From an uncultured Candidatus Saccharibacteria bacterium (GTDB taxonomy: Bacteria > Patescibacteriota > UBA1384 > XYA2-FULL-43-10), in NCBI GenBank assembly GCA_964426805.1, contig CAYRRY010000003.1, positions 1 to 42,606 of the forward strand: a stretch of DNA of 42,606 bases, given 5' to 3'. Under the pieces are notes generated by a model. The model was not told the DNA's origin. It saw only the letters and a list, made by a program, of their open reading frames with translations, and made no database searches. Made by a program: the position numbers and the translations under genes. Positions 8,548 to 16,693 of the stretch are shown piece after piece (positions within the stretch are counted from its first letter, which is position 1; every line of letters begins with the position of its first letter).

Positions 8548-8911
8548 ATTCAAAAACATTACCGATCAAGAAATAGATAAAGTCGCACAATCTGCACTAT
8601 TAGCACTTGATATCCAAAAAAGCATTGTCGAGATTGAATCGATCGATAAAGAGGAGATAGCAAAGCTAAATTTTGAATACAGAAGAAAAAACGAGCCTAC
8701 AGACGTTCTCTCTTTCCCACTGAAACAAACTCCTGGGAAAAATAACCTGTTAGGCAATATATTTATCTGCGAAGAAGTGGCCGAGAAGAGAAACGAGAAG
8801 CTGCAGGAGCTAGTCAAACATGGAATCTTGCATCTAATCGGGGCTGATCATGAGAAAGATCAAGCATCTTGGGATGAGATGGCTGAAAAAATTAATCACA
8901 AAATGGGATAA
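8522..8911 (+). CDS. ybeY: rRNA maturation endoribonuclease YbeY
   Basis: Metal motif HGILHLIGADHE plus DVLSFP. Overlaps the preceding gene by 26 nt. Confidence 0.85.
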   Translation: MNQIQIPNKFKNITDQEIDKVAQSALLALDIQKSIVEIESIDKEEIAKLNFEYRRKNEPTDVLSFPLKQTPGKNNLLGNIFICEEVAEKRNEKLQELVKHGILHLIGADHEKDQASWDEMAEKINHKMG

Positions 8912-8912
8912 T

Positions 8913-9281
8913 ATGTTGAATCTAAAAAAATTAGCCAAAAGCTTTCACTATGCTTTCCGCGGAGTTATCACACTTTTAAAAAATGAACAAAACGCACGTA
9001 TTCACGCGAGTGCAACCATAATTGTGGGAATACTGGCTTTTCTTCTAGAAGTAACTAGGGTCGAAGCAGCTGTTTTATTTATGGCGGTTATTATGGTTTT
9101 TGCGCTAGAGATAATGAACACGGCTGTCGAAAAGGTCTGTGACCTGATATGCGTCAAAGATAATCCGGAAATTGCCTACATAAAAGATGGTACTGCTGGC
9201 GCGGTTTTAATCGCAGCTGTCATTGCAATTGTGGTAGCGATACTAATCTTCCTGCCTCATATCCGTGCTTTGTTCGGGTAG
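8913..9281 (+). CDS. dgkA: Diacylglycerol/undecaprenol kinase family protein
   Basis: The ORF-track start at 8850 overlaps ybeY. ATG at 8913 directly follows the ybeY stop and gives MLNLKKL.... DgkA motif EIMNTAVEKVCD and 3 TM segments. Confidence 0.8.
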   Translation: MLNLKKLAKSFHYAFRGVITLLKNEQNARIHASATIIVGILAFLLEVTRVEAAVLFMAVIMVFALEIMNTAVEKVCDLICVKDNPEIAYIKDGTAGAVLIAAVIAIVVAILIFLPHIRALFG

Positions 9282-9361
9282 GAGTTGCAAATCTTTCGCT
9301 TTTTACTGTAAAATATATAAAGAGACAAATCGAATAATTTCTAAGGTTTGGAGGGATAAAA

Positions 9362-10591
9362 GTGGCTCGAGATAATATTGTTGTTGGGCTTGATATTTCA
9401 AGTACAAAAGTAATCACTTCGGTAGGTAAATACGAAGAAGGTGTTTTAGATATAATTGGACTTGGAAAATCCGCCAACCAAGGAATGAGAAAAGGAATGA
9501 TTGTTGATATAGAGGAAACTGTTTCGGCCATTTCCGCTTCGCTTGAAGAAGCGGAGAGGATGGCGGGGATACCACTGCGCGGTACAACTATCGGCATAGA
9601 TGGCGCCCATATAGAATCGGAAGACAGCAAGGGTGTAATTGCAGTATCGAGAGCAGATGGAGAGATTGCCGAAGACGATGTAACACGGGTCGTCGAGGCA
9701 GCCAGAGCCATACCAAACAAACCTAACAGAGAAGTTCTACACGTAATTCCAAAAACATTTATCATAGACGGTCAAGACGGAATCAAGGATCCAATCGGCA
9801 TGAGCGGTATACGGCTTGAGGTCGACGCGCATATCATTTCCACCTCCACTACCGCTATGAAAAACCTGCAAAGATCTGTTGAACAATCTGGATTGAACAT
9901 AAACGACGTGGTATTTACTCCACTAGCAACTTCCAAGGCTTTGCTCTCAAAGAGACAGATGGAGATAGGGGTAATCCTGATAGATATCGGTTCCGCTGTT
10001 ACTACATTCTCAGTTTATGAAGAGGGGGATCTGATAAGTTGCGGGATAGTTCCGATTGGCTCATCTCACATAACCAACGACCTAGCGATAGGGCTTCGAA
10101 CAAATCTAGATGTAGCCGAAATATTGAAGCTTAAACACGGATTCGCACTTCCAGAAAGAGTTTCAGAAAAGGAAGAAGTACGACTTTCAACCATAGATAA
10201 GAATGAAGATGGAGCTGCCTCAACAAAGTATATATCAGAAATTATCGAGGCCAGGCTTAACGAAATACTACTCATAATCCAGGAAAAGTTGCAGCTCGCG
10301 GGCAAAGATGGCACACTACCAGCAGGGGTAATATTGTCTGGTGGAGGTTCAAAGCTAGAAGGTATTATAGAATTAACCAAAGAGACGCTACGTTTGCCAG
10401 CACAGATTGGCACCCCGATATTCGAGATTTCCGGTCTTGTTGACAAGCTAGATGATCCAGTATATTCTACAAGCATAGGATTGATGCTCTGGGATAGGGA
10501 AACCGCTGGGTCCACATCTGCAATATCAAGCCAGTCTTTAAATGGCATATTAGATAAGGCAAAAGGATTGTTTAAACAGTTCTTGCCGTAA
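9362..10591 (+). CDS. ftsA: Cell division protein FtsA
   Basis: Actin-fold motifs (VGLDISSTKV, IDIGSAVT, LSGGGSKLEGI). GTG start with GGAGGGA SD. Sits directly upstream of ftsZ. Confidence 0.93.
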   Translation: MARDNIVVGLDISSTKVITSVGKYEEGVLDIIGLGKSANQGMRKGMIVDIEETVSAISASLEEAERMAGIPLRGTTIGIDGAHIESEDSKGVIAVSRADGEIAEDDVTRVVEAARAIPNKPNREVLHVIPKTFIIDGQDGIKDPIGMSGIRLEVDAHIISTSTTAMKNLQRSVEQSGLNINDVVFTPLATSKALLSKRQMEIGVILIDIGSAVTTFSVYEEGDLISCGIVPIGSSHITNDLAIGLRTNLDVAEILKLKHGFALPERVSEKEEVRLSTIDKNEDGAASTKYISEIIEARLNEILLIIQEKLQLAGKDGTLPAGVILSGGGSKLEGIIELTKETLRLPAQIGTPIFEISGLVDKLDDPVYSTSIGLMLWDRETAGSTSAISSQSLNGILDKAKGLFKQFLP

Positions 10592-10618
10592 TTAGTCGGA
10601 GGGTAGGAGAGAAAGCAC

Positions 10619-11749
10619 ATGGCAATCAAAGACTCAGAACTCGAAAGCTTTGCAAAAATTAAGGTAGTTGGCGTTGGCGGTTCCGGTGGATCCGCTCTTA
10701 CGCGTATGATAAACTCCAAACTTCGCGGAGTTGAGTTTATTGCTATTAACACAGATGCTCAGGCTCTAGCCTACAACGAATCTCCTATAAAAATTCAAAT
10801 AGGGAAAGAAACTACTCGCGGACTTGGTGCCGGCGCAGACCCAGAAGTCGGACGAAAAGCGATAGAGGAGAACAAAGAAGAAGTGTTTGAAGCCCTGCAA
10901 GAATCAGATATGGTGTTTGTTACATGTGGAATGGGTGGTGGAACAGGAACAGGAGCCGCTCCCTTTGTGGCAGATATTTCAAAAGAGCTCGGCGCCCTGA
11001 CAGTTGGTGTTGTTACCAAGCCTTTCTCTTTCGAAGGTCACAGAAGAAAGAAAATCGCCGAAGCCGGAATCACAGAGATGAAGGACAAGGTGGATACGCT
11101 GATTACTATTCCAAACGACAGATTGCTTCAAGTCATAGATAAAAAAACTTCACTCTTCGACGCTTTCGGTGTTGTTGACGATGTCTTACGACAAGGTGTT
11201 CAGGGCATAGCCGATCTTATCACCTTGCACGGTATTATAAATGTTGACTTTGCTGATGTTAAAGCAATTATGTCCGATGCAGGTTCCGCACTTATGGGCA
11301 TAGGTCACGGCTCAGGCGACAACAGAGCGATAGAAGCAGCAAGGGCAGCCATAGATTCGCCACTTTTGGAGCTATCTATCGACGGTGCAAAAGGAATTTT
11401 GTTCAACATCACTGGCGGTCCAGACTTGGGCATGTACGAGATCGATGAAGCGGCCAAAGCCATTACAGAAGCTGCTGATGCTGATGCAAATATTATCTTC
11501 GGCGCAATTATAGATGAAGCGATGCAAGGAGAAGTAAAGATTACCGTTATCGCTACAGGATTTGAATCCGAACATCAAAAAACAATTAAACCACAAATAT
11601 CAAAATCATCAAATCCAGAATCCATACCTCAGTCACAGATGATCCGAAGTACAAATGGACAAACAGTAACACCCGACCCGGAGCCACAGCCAGAAGAGGA
11701 CGATGACGAGATCGAGGTTCCAGCTTTTATTAGAAGAAAGCTTAAGTAA
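10619..11749 (+). CDS. ftsZ: Cell division GTPase FtsZ
   Basis: GVGGSGGSA, tubulin signature [17 protein letters not shown], and the C-terminal peptide [14 protein letters not shown]. Confidence 0.97.
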   Translation: MAIKDSELESFAKIKVVGVGGSGGSALTRMINSKLRGVEFIAINTDAQALAYNESPIKIQIGKETTRGLGAGADPEVGRKAIEENKEEVFEALQESDMVFVTCGMGGGTGTGAAPFVADISKELGALTVGVVTKPFSFEGHRRKKIAEAGITEMKDKVDTLITIPNDRLLQVIDKKTSLFDAFGVVDDVLRQGVQGIADLITLHGIINVDFADVKAIMSDAGSALMGIGHGSGDNRAIEAARAAIDSPLLELSIDGAKGILFNITGGPDLGMYEIDEAAKAITEAADADANIIFGAIIDEAMQGEVKITVIATGFESEHQKTIKPQISKSSNPESIPQSQMIRSTNGQTVTPDPEPQPEEDDDEIEVPAFIRRKLK

Positions 11750-11769
11750 CTAAATCTAGGAGGGCATTA

Positions 11770-11940
11770 TGTGTGGAGATGACAAACCAACAACAGAAGG
11801 CGGAGAGGCCACTGAGGCTCCTGCAGCAGACGCAGCAGCAGAAACAGTAGCACCTGCAACAGAAGGTGAAGACGACGCGGCAGAAGAAACACCAGCAGCG
11901 GACGACGCGGCAGAGGGTGAAGAAGAAGTAACTGATTAAC
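11770..11940 (+). CDS. Small highly acidic A/E/T/P-rich protein (56 aa, below the ORF-track cutoff)
   Basis: ATG 5 nt after AGGAGGG. Translation is MCGDDKPTTEGGEATEAPAADAAAETVAPATEGEDDAAEETPAADDAAEGEEEVTD*. A terminator follows immediately. Confidence 0.5.
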
Positions 11941-11961
11941 AATATCGTTTAACGATAAACA

Positions 11962-11996
11962 AAAAAACTTGAATTTCGGTTCAGGTTTTTTTGTTT
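11962..11996 (+). terminator. Intrinsic terminator after ftsZ and the small acidic ORF
   Basis: Stem aaaaaacttgaa/ttcaggtttttt (one G-U pair), running into a T-run. Confidence 0.6.
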
Positions 11997-12007
11997 ATAT
12001 ACAATGC

Positions 12008-12037
12008 TTGACACCCCAAGATGTAGTGTAATATAAT
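12008..12037 (+). promoter_or_regulatory. Sigma-70-type promoter for nrdR
   Basis: TTGACA (12008-12013), 18-nt spacer, TATAAT (12032-12037). Confidence 0.55.
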
Positions 12038-12045
12038 GTCATCAC

Positions 12046-12061
12046 ACACTAGATATCGTGT
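12046..12061. promoter_or_regulatory. Candidate NrdR box
   Basis: acactagatatcgtgt is an imperfect 16-bp palindrome with acac...gtgt ends, resembling the NrdR-box consensus. Only one copy seen. Confidence 0.25.
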
Positions 12062-12088
12062 TATTCCAAATTCCTAATTCTTATCCAT

Positions 12089-12535
12089 ATGTTATGCCCA
12101 GCCTGTAAAAAAAACGATTCTAAAGTTCTTGACTCACGAGATGAGAAAATTTTGGTTAGACGTCGCAGAGAATGTTTAGGTTGTAAGCACCGATTTACTA
12201 CTTTTGAAAGAATAGAAACACCAAAACTTCGAGTCTTGAAGCGAAGTGGTCGCAAGGTTGATTATGAGAGATCCAAGCTGGAAAAGGGAATACGACTAGC
12301 TTTGGAAAAACGACCATTTTCCGAATCCGATATTCAGGATATCGTCTCATATCTTGAGCACAATATTCTAAAACTAGCCAAAGACAAAGTTATCACCTCG
12401 AAGCAAATAGGGGATATGGTAACCAAAAAGTTGCGTCATGTGGACGAAGTAGCCTATATTAGATTTGTATCAGTTTATAAGAAATTCGGCAGTGCCAAGA
12501 AATTCAGCCGTGAAATTGAAAAGTTAAATAAATAA
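12089..12535 (+). CDS. nrdR: Transcriptional repressor NrdR
   Basis: Zinc ribbon CPACK...CLGCKHRFTTFE followed by an ATP-cone domain. Confidence 0.93.
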   Translation: MLCPACKKNDSKVLDSRDEKILVRRRRECLGCKHRFTTFERIETPKLRVLKRSGRKVDYERSKLEKGIRLALEKRPFSESDIQDIVSYLEHNILKLAKDKVITSKQIGDMVTKKLRHVDEVAYIRFVSVYKKFGSAKKFSREIEKLNK

Positions 12536-12551
12536 TATTTGAGGAGGAATA

Positions 12552-12893
12552 ATGAGTGAGAAAGAAAAAAAGGGAGCAAATAGCATTGACGCAAAGCAGT
12601 TTGAAGAATTAATTAAAGGTGATAAGCCGGTGTTTGTAGACTTCTCCGCCACCTGGTGCGGACCGTGCCAAATGATGCTTCCGATTATTGACGAATGGGC
12701 AGCTGAAAGCGATGAAAAAGACTTTGTAGTAGCTAAGCTCGATATCGACCAGGCTCCAGAAGTAGCAGCAAAATACAACGTGATGGGAGTACCTACATTT
12801 ATCATATTCAAGGACGGCAAAGAGGCCGAAAGAATGCAGGGAGTAATGCCAAAAGAGAGCCTAGCTGAGGCTATGGAAAAAGTGGCAAAATAA
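12552..12893 (+). CDS. trxA: Thioredoxin
   Basis: WCGPC active site and the GVPTFIIFKDG motif. GAGGAGG SD. Confidence 0.93.
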   Translation: MSEKEKKGANSIDAKQFEELIKGDKPVFVDFSATWCGPCQMMLPIIDEWAAESDEKDFVVAKLDIDQAPEVAAKYNVMGVPTFIIFKDGKEAERMQGVMPKESLAEAMEKVAK

Positions 12894-12902
12894 CCTCCAC
12901 AC

Positions 12903-12931
12903 TTGACTTTTGTTACTTTATGTGATACAAT
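12903..12931 (+). promoter_or_regulatory. Sigma-70-type promoter with extended -10, 10 nt after the trxA stop
   Basis: TTGACT (12903-12908), 17-nt spacer, TGaTACAAT (12923-12931). Confidence 0.55.
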
Positions 12932-12937
12932 ACTATT

Positions 12938-13033
12938 GTTGCCAAAATTTAAGCCATACCATATGCGCTTAGATCTAGGCAAAGATCTTTAAAGACAGCG
13001 ACGCCCCGGATTTATTCGGGGCTGTTGCTTTTA
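12938..13033 (+). ncRNA. Candidate ~95-nt small RNA or terminated leader
   Basis: Bounded by the 12903-12931 promoter and the 12997-13033 terminator. Internal hairpin agatct-aggcaa-agatct. No ORF. Confidence 0.3.
12997..13033 (+). terminator. Intrinsic terminator
   Basis: Stem gccccg/cggggc, extended by agcgac/gttgct (one bulge), followed by TTTT. Confidence 0.6.
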
Positions 13034-13109
13034 GAAGGGATACTAATCTCTCTTAAAAGCAGCAATTGTTGCTGCACATCACAGCCCGATCCCACATGGA
13101 GGGATCAAG

Positions 13110-13610
13110 ATGAAGCAAATGACGATATATGACAGAGTCATTTTTTCAATCATGCTGGCGCTGATAGTGCTGATCTGGGGAGGACACCGATACGACTTTC
13201 TTGGCATTCAGAATCCGTCGAGGATGATCGGCGTCATGCTGACTGCTCTTGCCCTGGTTGTCCTGACGGCCACCGCCAGCAAGGTCGAAAGGCGAAAGAC
13301 AATGGCTAACCGGAGACGATTCTGGTTGAGCCTGATCATCATAGCGCTGATGTGGTGCTTCCACTACATCGTGTTCAGCGCCCCCCGACTCATCCACCCC
13401 CTTACGGGGGAGGCGTTAATTCCCGGCCTACCAATTATACCGGCAATTAACGGGGGAGCCCTACTTCTCGCGGGTCTAGTCTGGTTGTGTGTGCGAGTTT
13501 CGCGCATGTCAACCAATGACCGATGGCTCGTTAGCCCCTTCAGAGCACTCCGAGAATCAATACACCTCGGAGACTGGAAGGACGACGGGGCAAACGAACA
13601 AGATGATTGA
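13110..13610 (+). CDS. Integral membrane protein (about 4 TM, high-GC islet 2)
   Basis: GGAGGG SD 7 nt upstream. Four hydrophobic segments and an acidic C-terminus (DDGANEQDD). No family recognised. Confidence 0.62.
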   Translation: MKQMTIYDRVIFSIMLALIVLIWGGHRYDFLGIQNPSRMIGVMLTALALVVLTATASKVERRKTMANRRRFWLSLIIIALMWCFHYIVFSAPRLIHPLTGEALIPGLPIIPAINGGALLLAGLVWLCVRVSRMSTNDRWLVSPFRALRESIHLGDWKDDGANEQDD

Positions 13611-13620
13611 TCTTCACAGG

Positions 13621-13660
13621 CCGGCAACGACCCTCCCAGGGACGTTGCCGGTATTTTTTT
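13621..13660 (+). terminator. Intrinsic terminator after the islet-2 gene
   Basis: 9-bp perfect stem ccggcaacg/cgttgccgg followed by tattttttt. Confidence 0.7.
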
Positions 13661-13713
13661 GTCTTTGAATTCCACCCTAACGCTTAAAAATCTAACAGCT
13701 AATAGCTGTATTC

Positions 13714-13731
13714 TGCTATAATACACTCATG
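13714..13731 (+). promoter_or_regulatory. Extended -10 promoter abutting the start codon (leaderless-type)
   Basis: TGcTATAAT (13714-13722), with ATG at 13729 and no SD. Nearly identical to the 6314-6331 module. Confidence 0.45.
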
Positions 13732-16629
13732 CAGTCACAAATAAGCTTCGAAAATACACATACTGAGAGCATACTAAAAAGCCTCAACTCTGAGCAAAAA
13801 AAAGCAGTAACCCACAAATCTGGGCCTCTTTTAATTATCGCTGGAGCTGGCACCGGAAAAACAACCGTTATAACTAGAAGAATTGCGCATCTTATAGACA
13901 AGAAATTAGCCAAATCGTCTGAAATACTTGCCCTTACCTTTACTGAAAAAGCAGCAGCCGAGATGGAAGAGCGTGTCGACCAGCTAAGCCCATACGGCTA
14001 TACAGACATGTGGATATCTACATTTCACGCTTTTGGCGATAGACTCCTGCGAGATTTTTCAATTGACCTCGGCCTTCCAGCAAACTTTAAAGTTCTAACT
14101 TCAACCGAGCAGGCGATTTTTATGCGTGAAAACATCTACGCTTTCGACCTAGTCCAGCTTCGCCCCATAGCCAGCCCCTTAACCCATATTCAAGCCATGT
14201 TGAATCATTTTTCAAGACTAAAAGATGAACTCATCGGACCCGAAGAATATCTCGCTTGGGCGGAAAAGAACCTAGAAATTGTTAAATCAAAAAAATCAGA
14301 AGAAGATATCCTTGAGGCAGAAAAATACCTAGAGCTTGCAAACGCATATCAACGATATCAGGATCTAATGATTCAAGCCGGGAACCTTGACTTCGGAGAT
14401 CAGATATTTCTAACTCATAAACTTCTTAAAAATAACAAGAAGGTTTTAGCTGACAGCCAAAAGAAATTTAAATTTATCTTAGTCGACGAGTATCAGGACA
14501 CAAACTTCGCTCAAAATGAGATTGTGAAGCTTCTGGCCTCAAAAGATAAGAACATAACCGTGGTGGGGGACGATGATCAATCAATTTATCGCTTTCGGGG
14601 AGCATCTATCTCAAACATACTAGATTTCACTAAATCATTTAAAAAATGCACTCAAATCGTTTTAAACAGGAATTATCGCTCAACCAAACAGATTCTAGAC
14701 GCTTCATACAAACTCATACAACACAATAACCCTGACAGACTAGAAATCAAGAATAAGATCAACAAAAAACTATCGTCCACCCTTTCGGGCGATGAACCCG
14801 CTCTCATCTACTCCAACACTCTCTCAAGTGAAGCCGACTCTGTTGTGGAGAAGATAGTCGAACTTAAACAAAAAGAGGGTCTAAAATTCAACGATTTTGC
14901 TCTTCTGGCTCGTGCCAACAATCACACAGAACCATTTATTCAAGCGCTCAATGCTAAAGGGATTCCTCACATATTCTCAGGAGCATCCGGGCTCTTTTCT
15001 CAGCCAGAGATAAAGATGATTATTTCATTTCTAAAATGCTTAGTTTACAACGACGATAATCTGTCATTTTACAATCTAGCTACTTCAAAGCTATACAATG
15101 TCTCGCATGAATTAATGACGAAATACTATACGATTGCCAAGAGAAAAAACCGTCCAATAGCTGATATATTTGAAAACCCAGGGGAGCTGAAAATCTCCGA
15201 TGAGATAGACCCCGTTCTTTCTGACTTGAACAAATACCGTGAGAAGAAAAACGAGCCTGTCGGGGAAACTTTATACGATTTTCTGGTTGAGAAGAAGTAT
15301 CTCAAAACCTTAACAAAAAATCTCTCGACCGAAAATGAGATCGAAATTTACAACATAGCTAAGCTTTTCGATAGAATAGCAGAGTTCAACCGTTCGTCAG
15401 AAGAGAGAGGAGTCTTGAAGTTCTTGGAGAATATCGAACTGATACTCGAGGCTGGAGACGACACTGCTTCAGCAGAGATTGATCCTTCGATCGAGGCTGT
15501 AAATATATTGACTGCCCATTCCTCGAAAGGGTTAGAGTGGCCTGTTGTGTTTGTAATTAACTGCGTAGCAGATAGGTTTCCTTCCAGAAGAAAAAGTGAG
15601 CAACTGCCGATTCCTGCTGAGATTGTAAAAGAGAAAATTCCAGAAGGAGACTTTCATCTCCAAGAAGAGAGAAGGCTTTTCTACGTGGCCTCGACTAGAG
15701 CTAAAAATCATTTATTTTTAACTTCTGCCAAGGACTACGGTGGCAAAAGAGCAAAAAAACTTTCACCCTTTGTGTTAGAGCTGCTCGACGAAGCTTCGGT
15801 TGACAGCGTAGTCCAAAAGAGTGATCCTATGCAAAAAATTATTCAGCACAAGAAGGTTGCTACTAAACCTCGCCCGATCCCAGCGAAGTTCCAAACTGAT
15901 ATAATATCTCTCTCAAGGGCTCAAATAGATGATTACTACACCTGTCCACAAAAGTTCTACTACGCACACATCGTCAAAATACCTCTGCTTGAAAATCACT
16001 ATCTAATGTACGGAACGGCAGTTCATGCAGCCCTCGATCACTACTTTCAGAGAAAATTAGCAGGACAGAAACCAGACTACAAACAGCTAATATCTGACTT
16101 CAAAAGTTCTTTTAGAAATGTGGGTTTCATAACTCGTGAACATGAGGATACAAGATACAAAACAGGCCTAGAGACTCTATCTAGATTTTATAATCTGGAT
16201 CAGAAGGAACCGGTAATGCCAGCTGCGGTGGAGGAGAGATTTGAGTTCTCTGAAAACAAAATTAAGGTAAACGGGCGATATGATCTGATTGTTGGAAAAG
16301 ATAAAGAGGCCAACATCATCGACTTTAAAACCTCGAAAGTAAAAGACCAGAAAGACGCTGACCGCAGGGTAAAGGATTCAACCCAGATGAAGATCTACGC
16401 TCTTGCTTGGTATGAGAAATTCGGCTTTATCCCCAAAAGCACGCTCTACTTCATAGAACACAATCTTCAAGGAGAGGTAGTTTATAAGCCAAAACAACTT
16501 GAAAAAACAAAAGAGATGATACTTGAGGCGGGAGAGGGGATAAAGAAAGGCAAACTCAAAGCCACGCCAGCACAGCGCCAGTGCTCGCTCTGCCCATACT
16601 CGGATATCTGCCCAGATTCAAAAGCGTAG
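13729..16629 (+). CDS. UvrD/PcrA-type SF1 helicase fused to a C-terminal PD-(D/E)XK (Cas4/AddB-like, Cys-cluster) nuclease
   Basis: Helicase motifs AGAGTGKT, VDEYQDTN, GDDDQSIYRFRGA, RNYRS, TAHSSKGLEW, YVASTRAK. C-terminus has CPQKFYY...GTAVH...DLIV..IIDFKTSK...QMKIYALAW...CSLCPYSDIC. Confidence 0.88.
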   Translation: MQSQISFENTHTESILKSLNSEQKKAVTHKSGPLLIIAGAGTGKTTVITRRIAHLIDKKLAKSSEILALTFTEKAAAEMEERVDQLSPYGYTDMWISTFHAFGDRLLRDFSIDLGLPANFKVLTSTEQAIFMRENIYAFDLVQLRPIASPLTHIQAMLNHFSRLKDELIGPEEYLAWAEKNLEIVKSKKSEEDILEAEKYLELANAYQRYQDLMIQAGNLDFGDQIFLTHKLLKNNKKVLADSQKKFKFILVDEYQDTNFAQNEIVKLLASKDKNITVVGDDDQSIYRFRGASISNILDFTKSFKKCTQIVLNRNYRSTKQILDASYKLIQHNNPDRLEIKNKINKKLSSTLSGDEPALIYSNTLSSEADSVVEKIVELKQKEGLKFNDFALLARANNHTEPFIQALNAKGIPHIFSGASGLFSQPEIKMIISFLKCLVYNDDNLSFYNLATSKLYNVSHELMTKYYTIAKRKNRPIADIFENPGELKISDEIDPVLSDLNKYREKKNEPVGETLYDFLVEKKYLKTLTKNLSTENEIEIYNIAKLFDRIAEFNRSSEERGVLKFLENIELILEAGDDTASAEIDPSIEAVNILTAHSSKGLEWPVVFVINCVADRFPSRRKSEQLPIPAEIVKEKIPEGDFHLQEERRLFYVASTRAKNHLFLTSAKDYGGKRAKKLSPFVLELLDEASVDSVVQKSDPMQKIIQHKKVATKPRPIPAKFQTDIISLSRAQIDDYYTCPQKFYYAHIVKIPLLENHYLMYGTAVHAALDHYFQRKLAGQKPDYKQLISDFKSSFRNVGFITREHEDTRYKTGLETLSRFYNLDQKEPVMPAAVEERFEFSENKIKVNGRYDLIVGKDKEANIIDFKTSKVKDQKDADRRVKDSTQMKIYALAWYEKFGFIPKSTLYFIEHNLQGEVVYKPKQLEKTKEMILEAGEGIKKGKLKATPAQRQCSLCPYSDICPDSKA

Positions 16630-16693
16630 TGTTCGCTTTATGTTCGGTATTTGTTGTGATATAATTATCAAGTAAAAACATTAATCACATTAC

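Noticed and set aside
9220-10752. Long antisense ORFs in the track opposite ftsA (9220-9765, 10066-10752). Similar ones lie opposite other strong genes, for example 622-855, 7194-7547, 12524-12982, 16690-17127, 20426-20869, 40478-40813 and 41547-42008.
   Set aside because: Each lies entirely within, and antisense to, a gene with unmistakable family motifs. Their translations are low-complexity S/I/F/L-rich with no SD, so they are shadow ORFs.
11742-11942. 66-aa Cys-rich minus-strand ORF after ftsZ.
   Set aside because: It is antisense to the small acidic ORF, which has the strong SD and terminator. The repetitive C/F/R content is typical of reading GA/GC-rich codons backwards.
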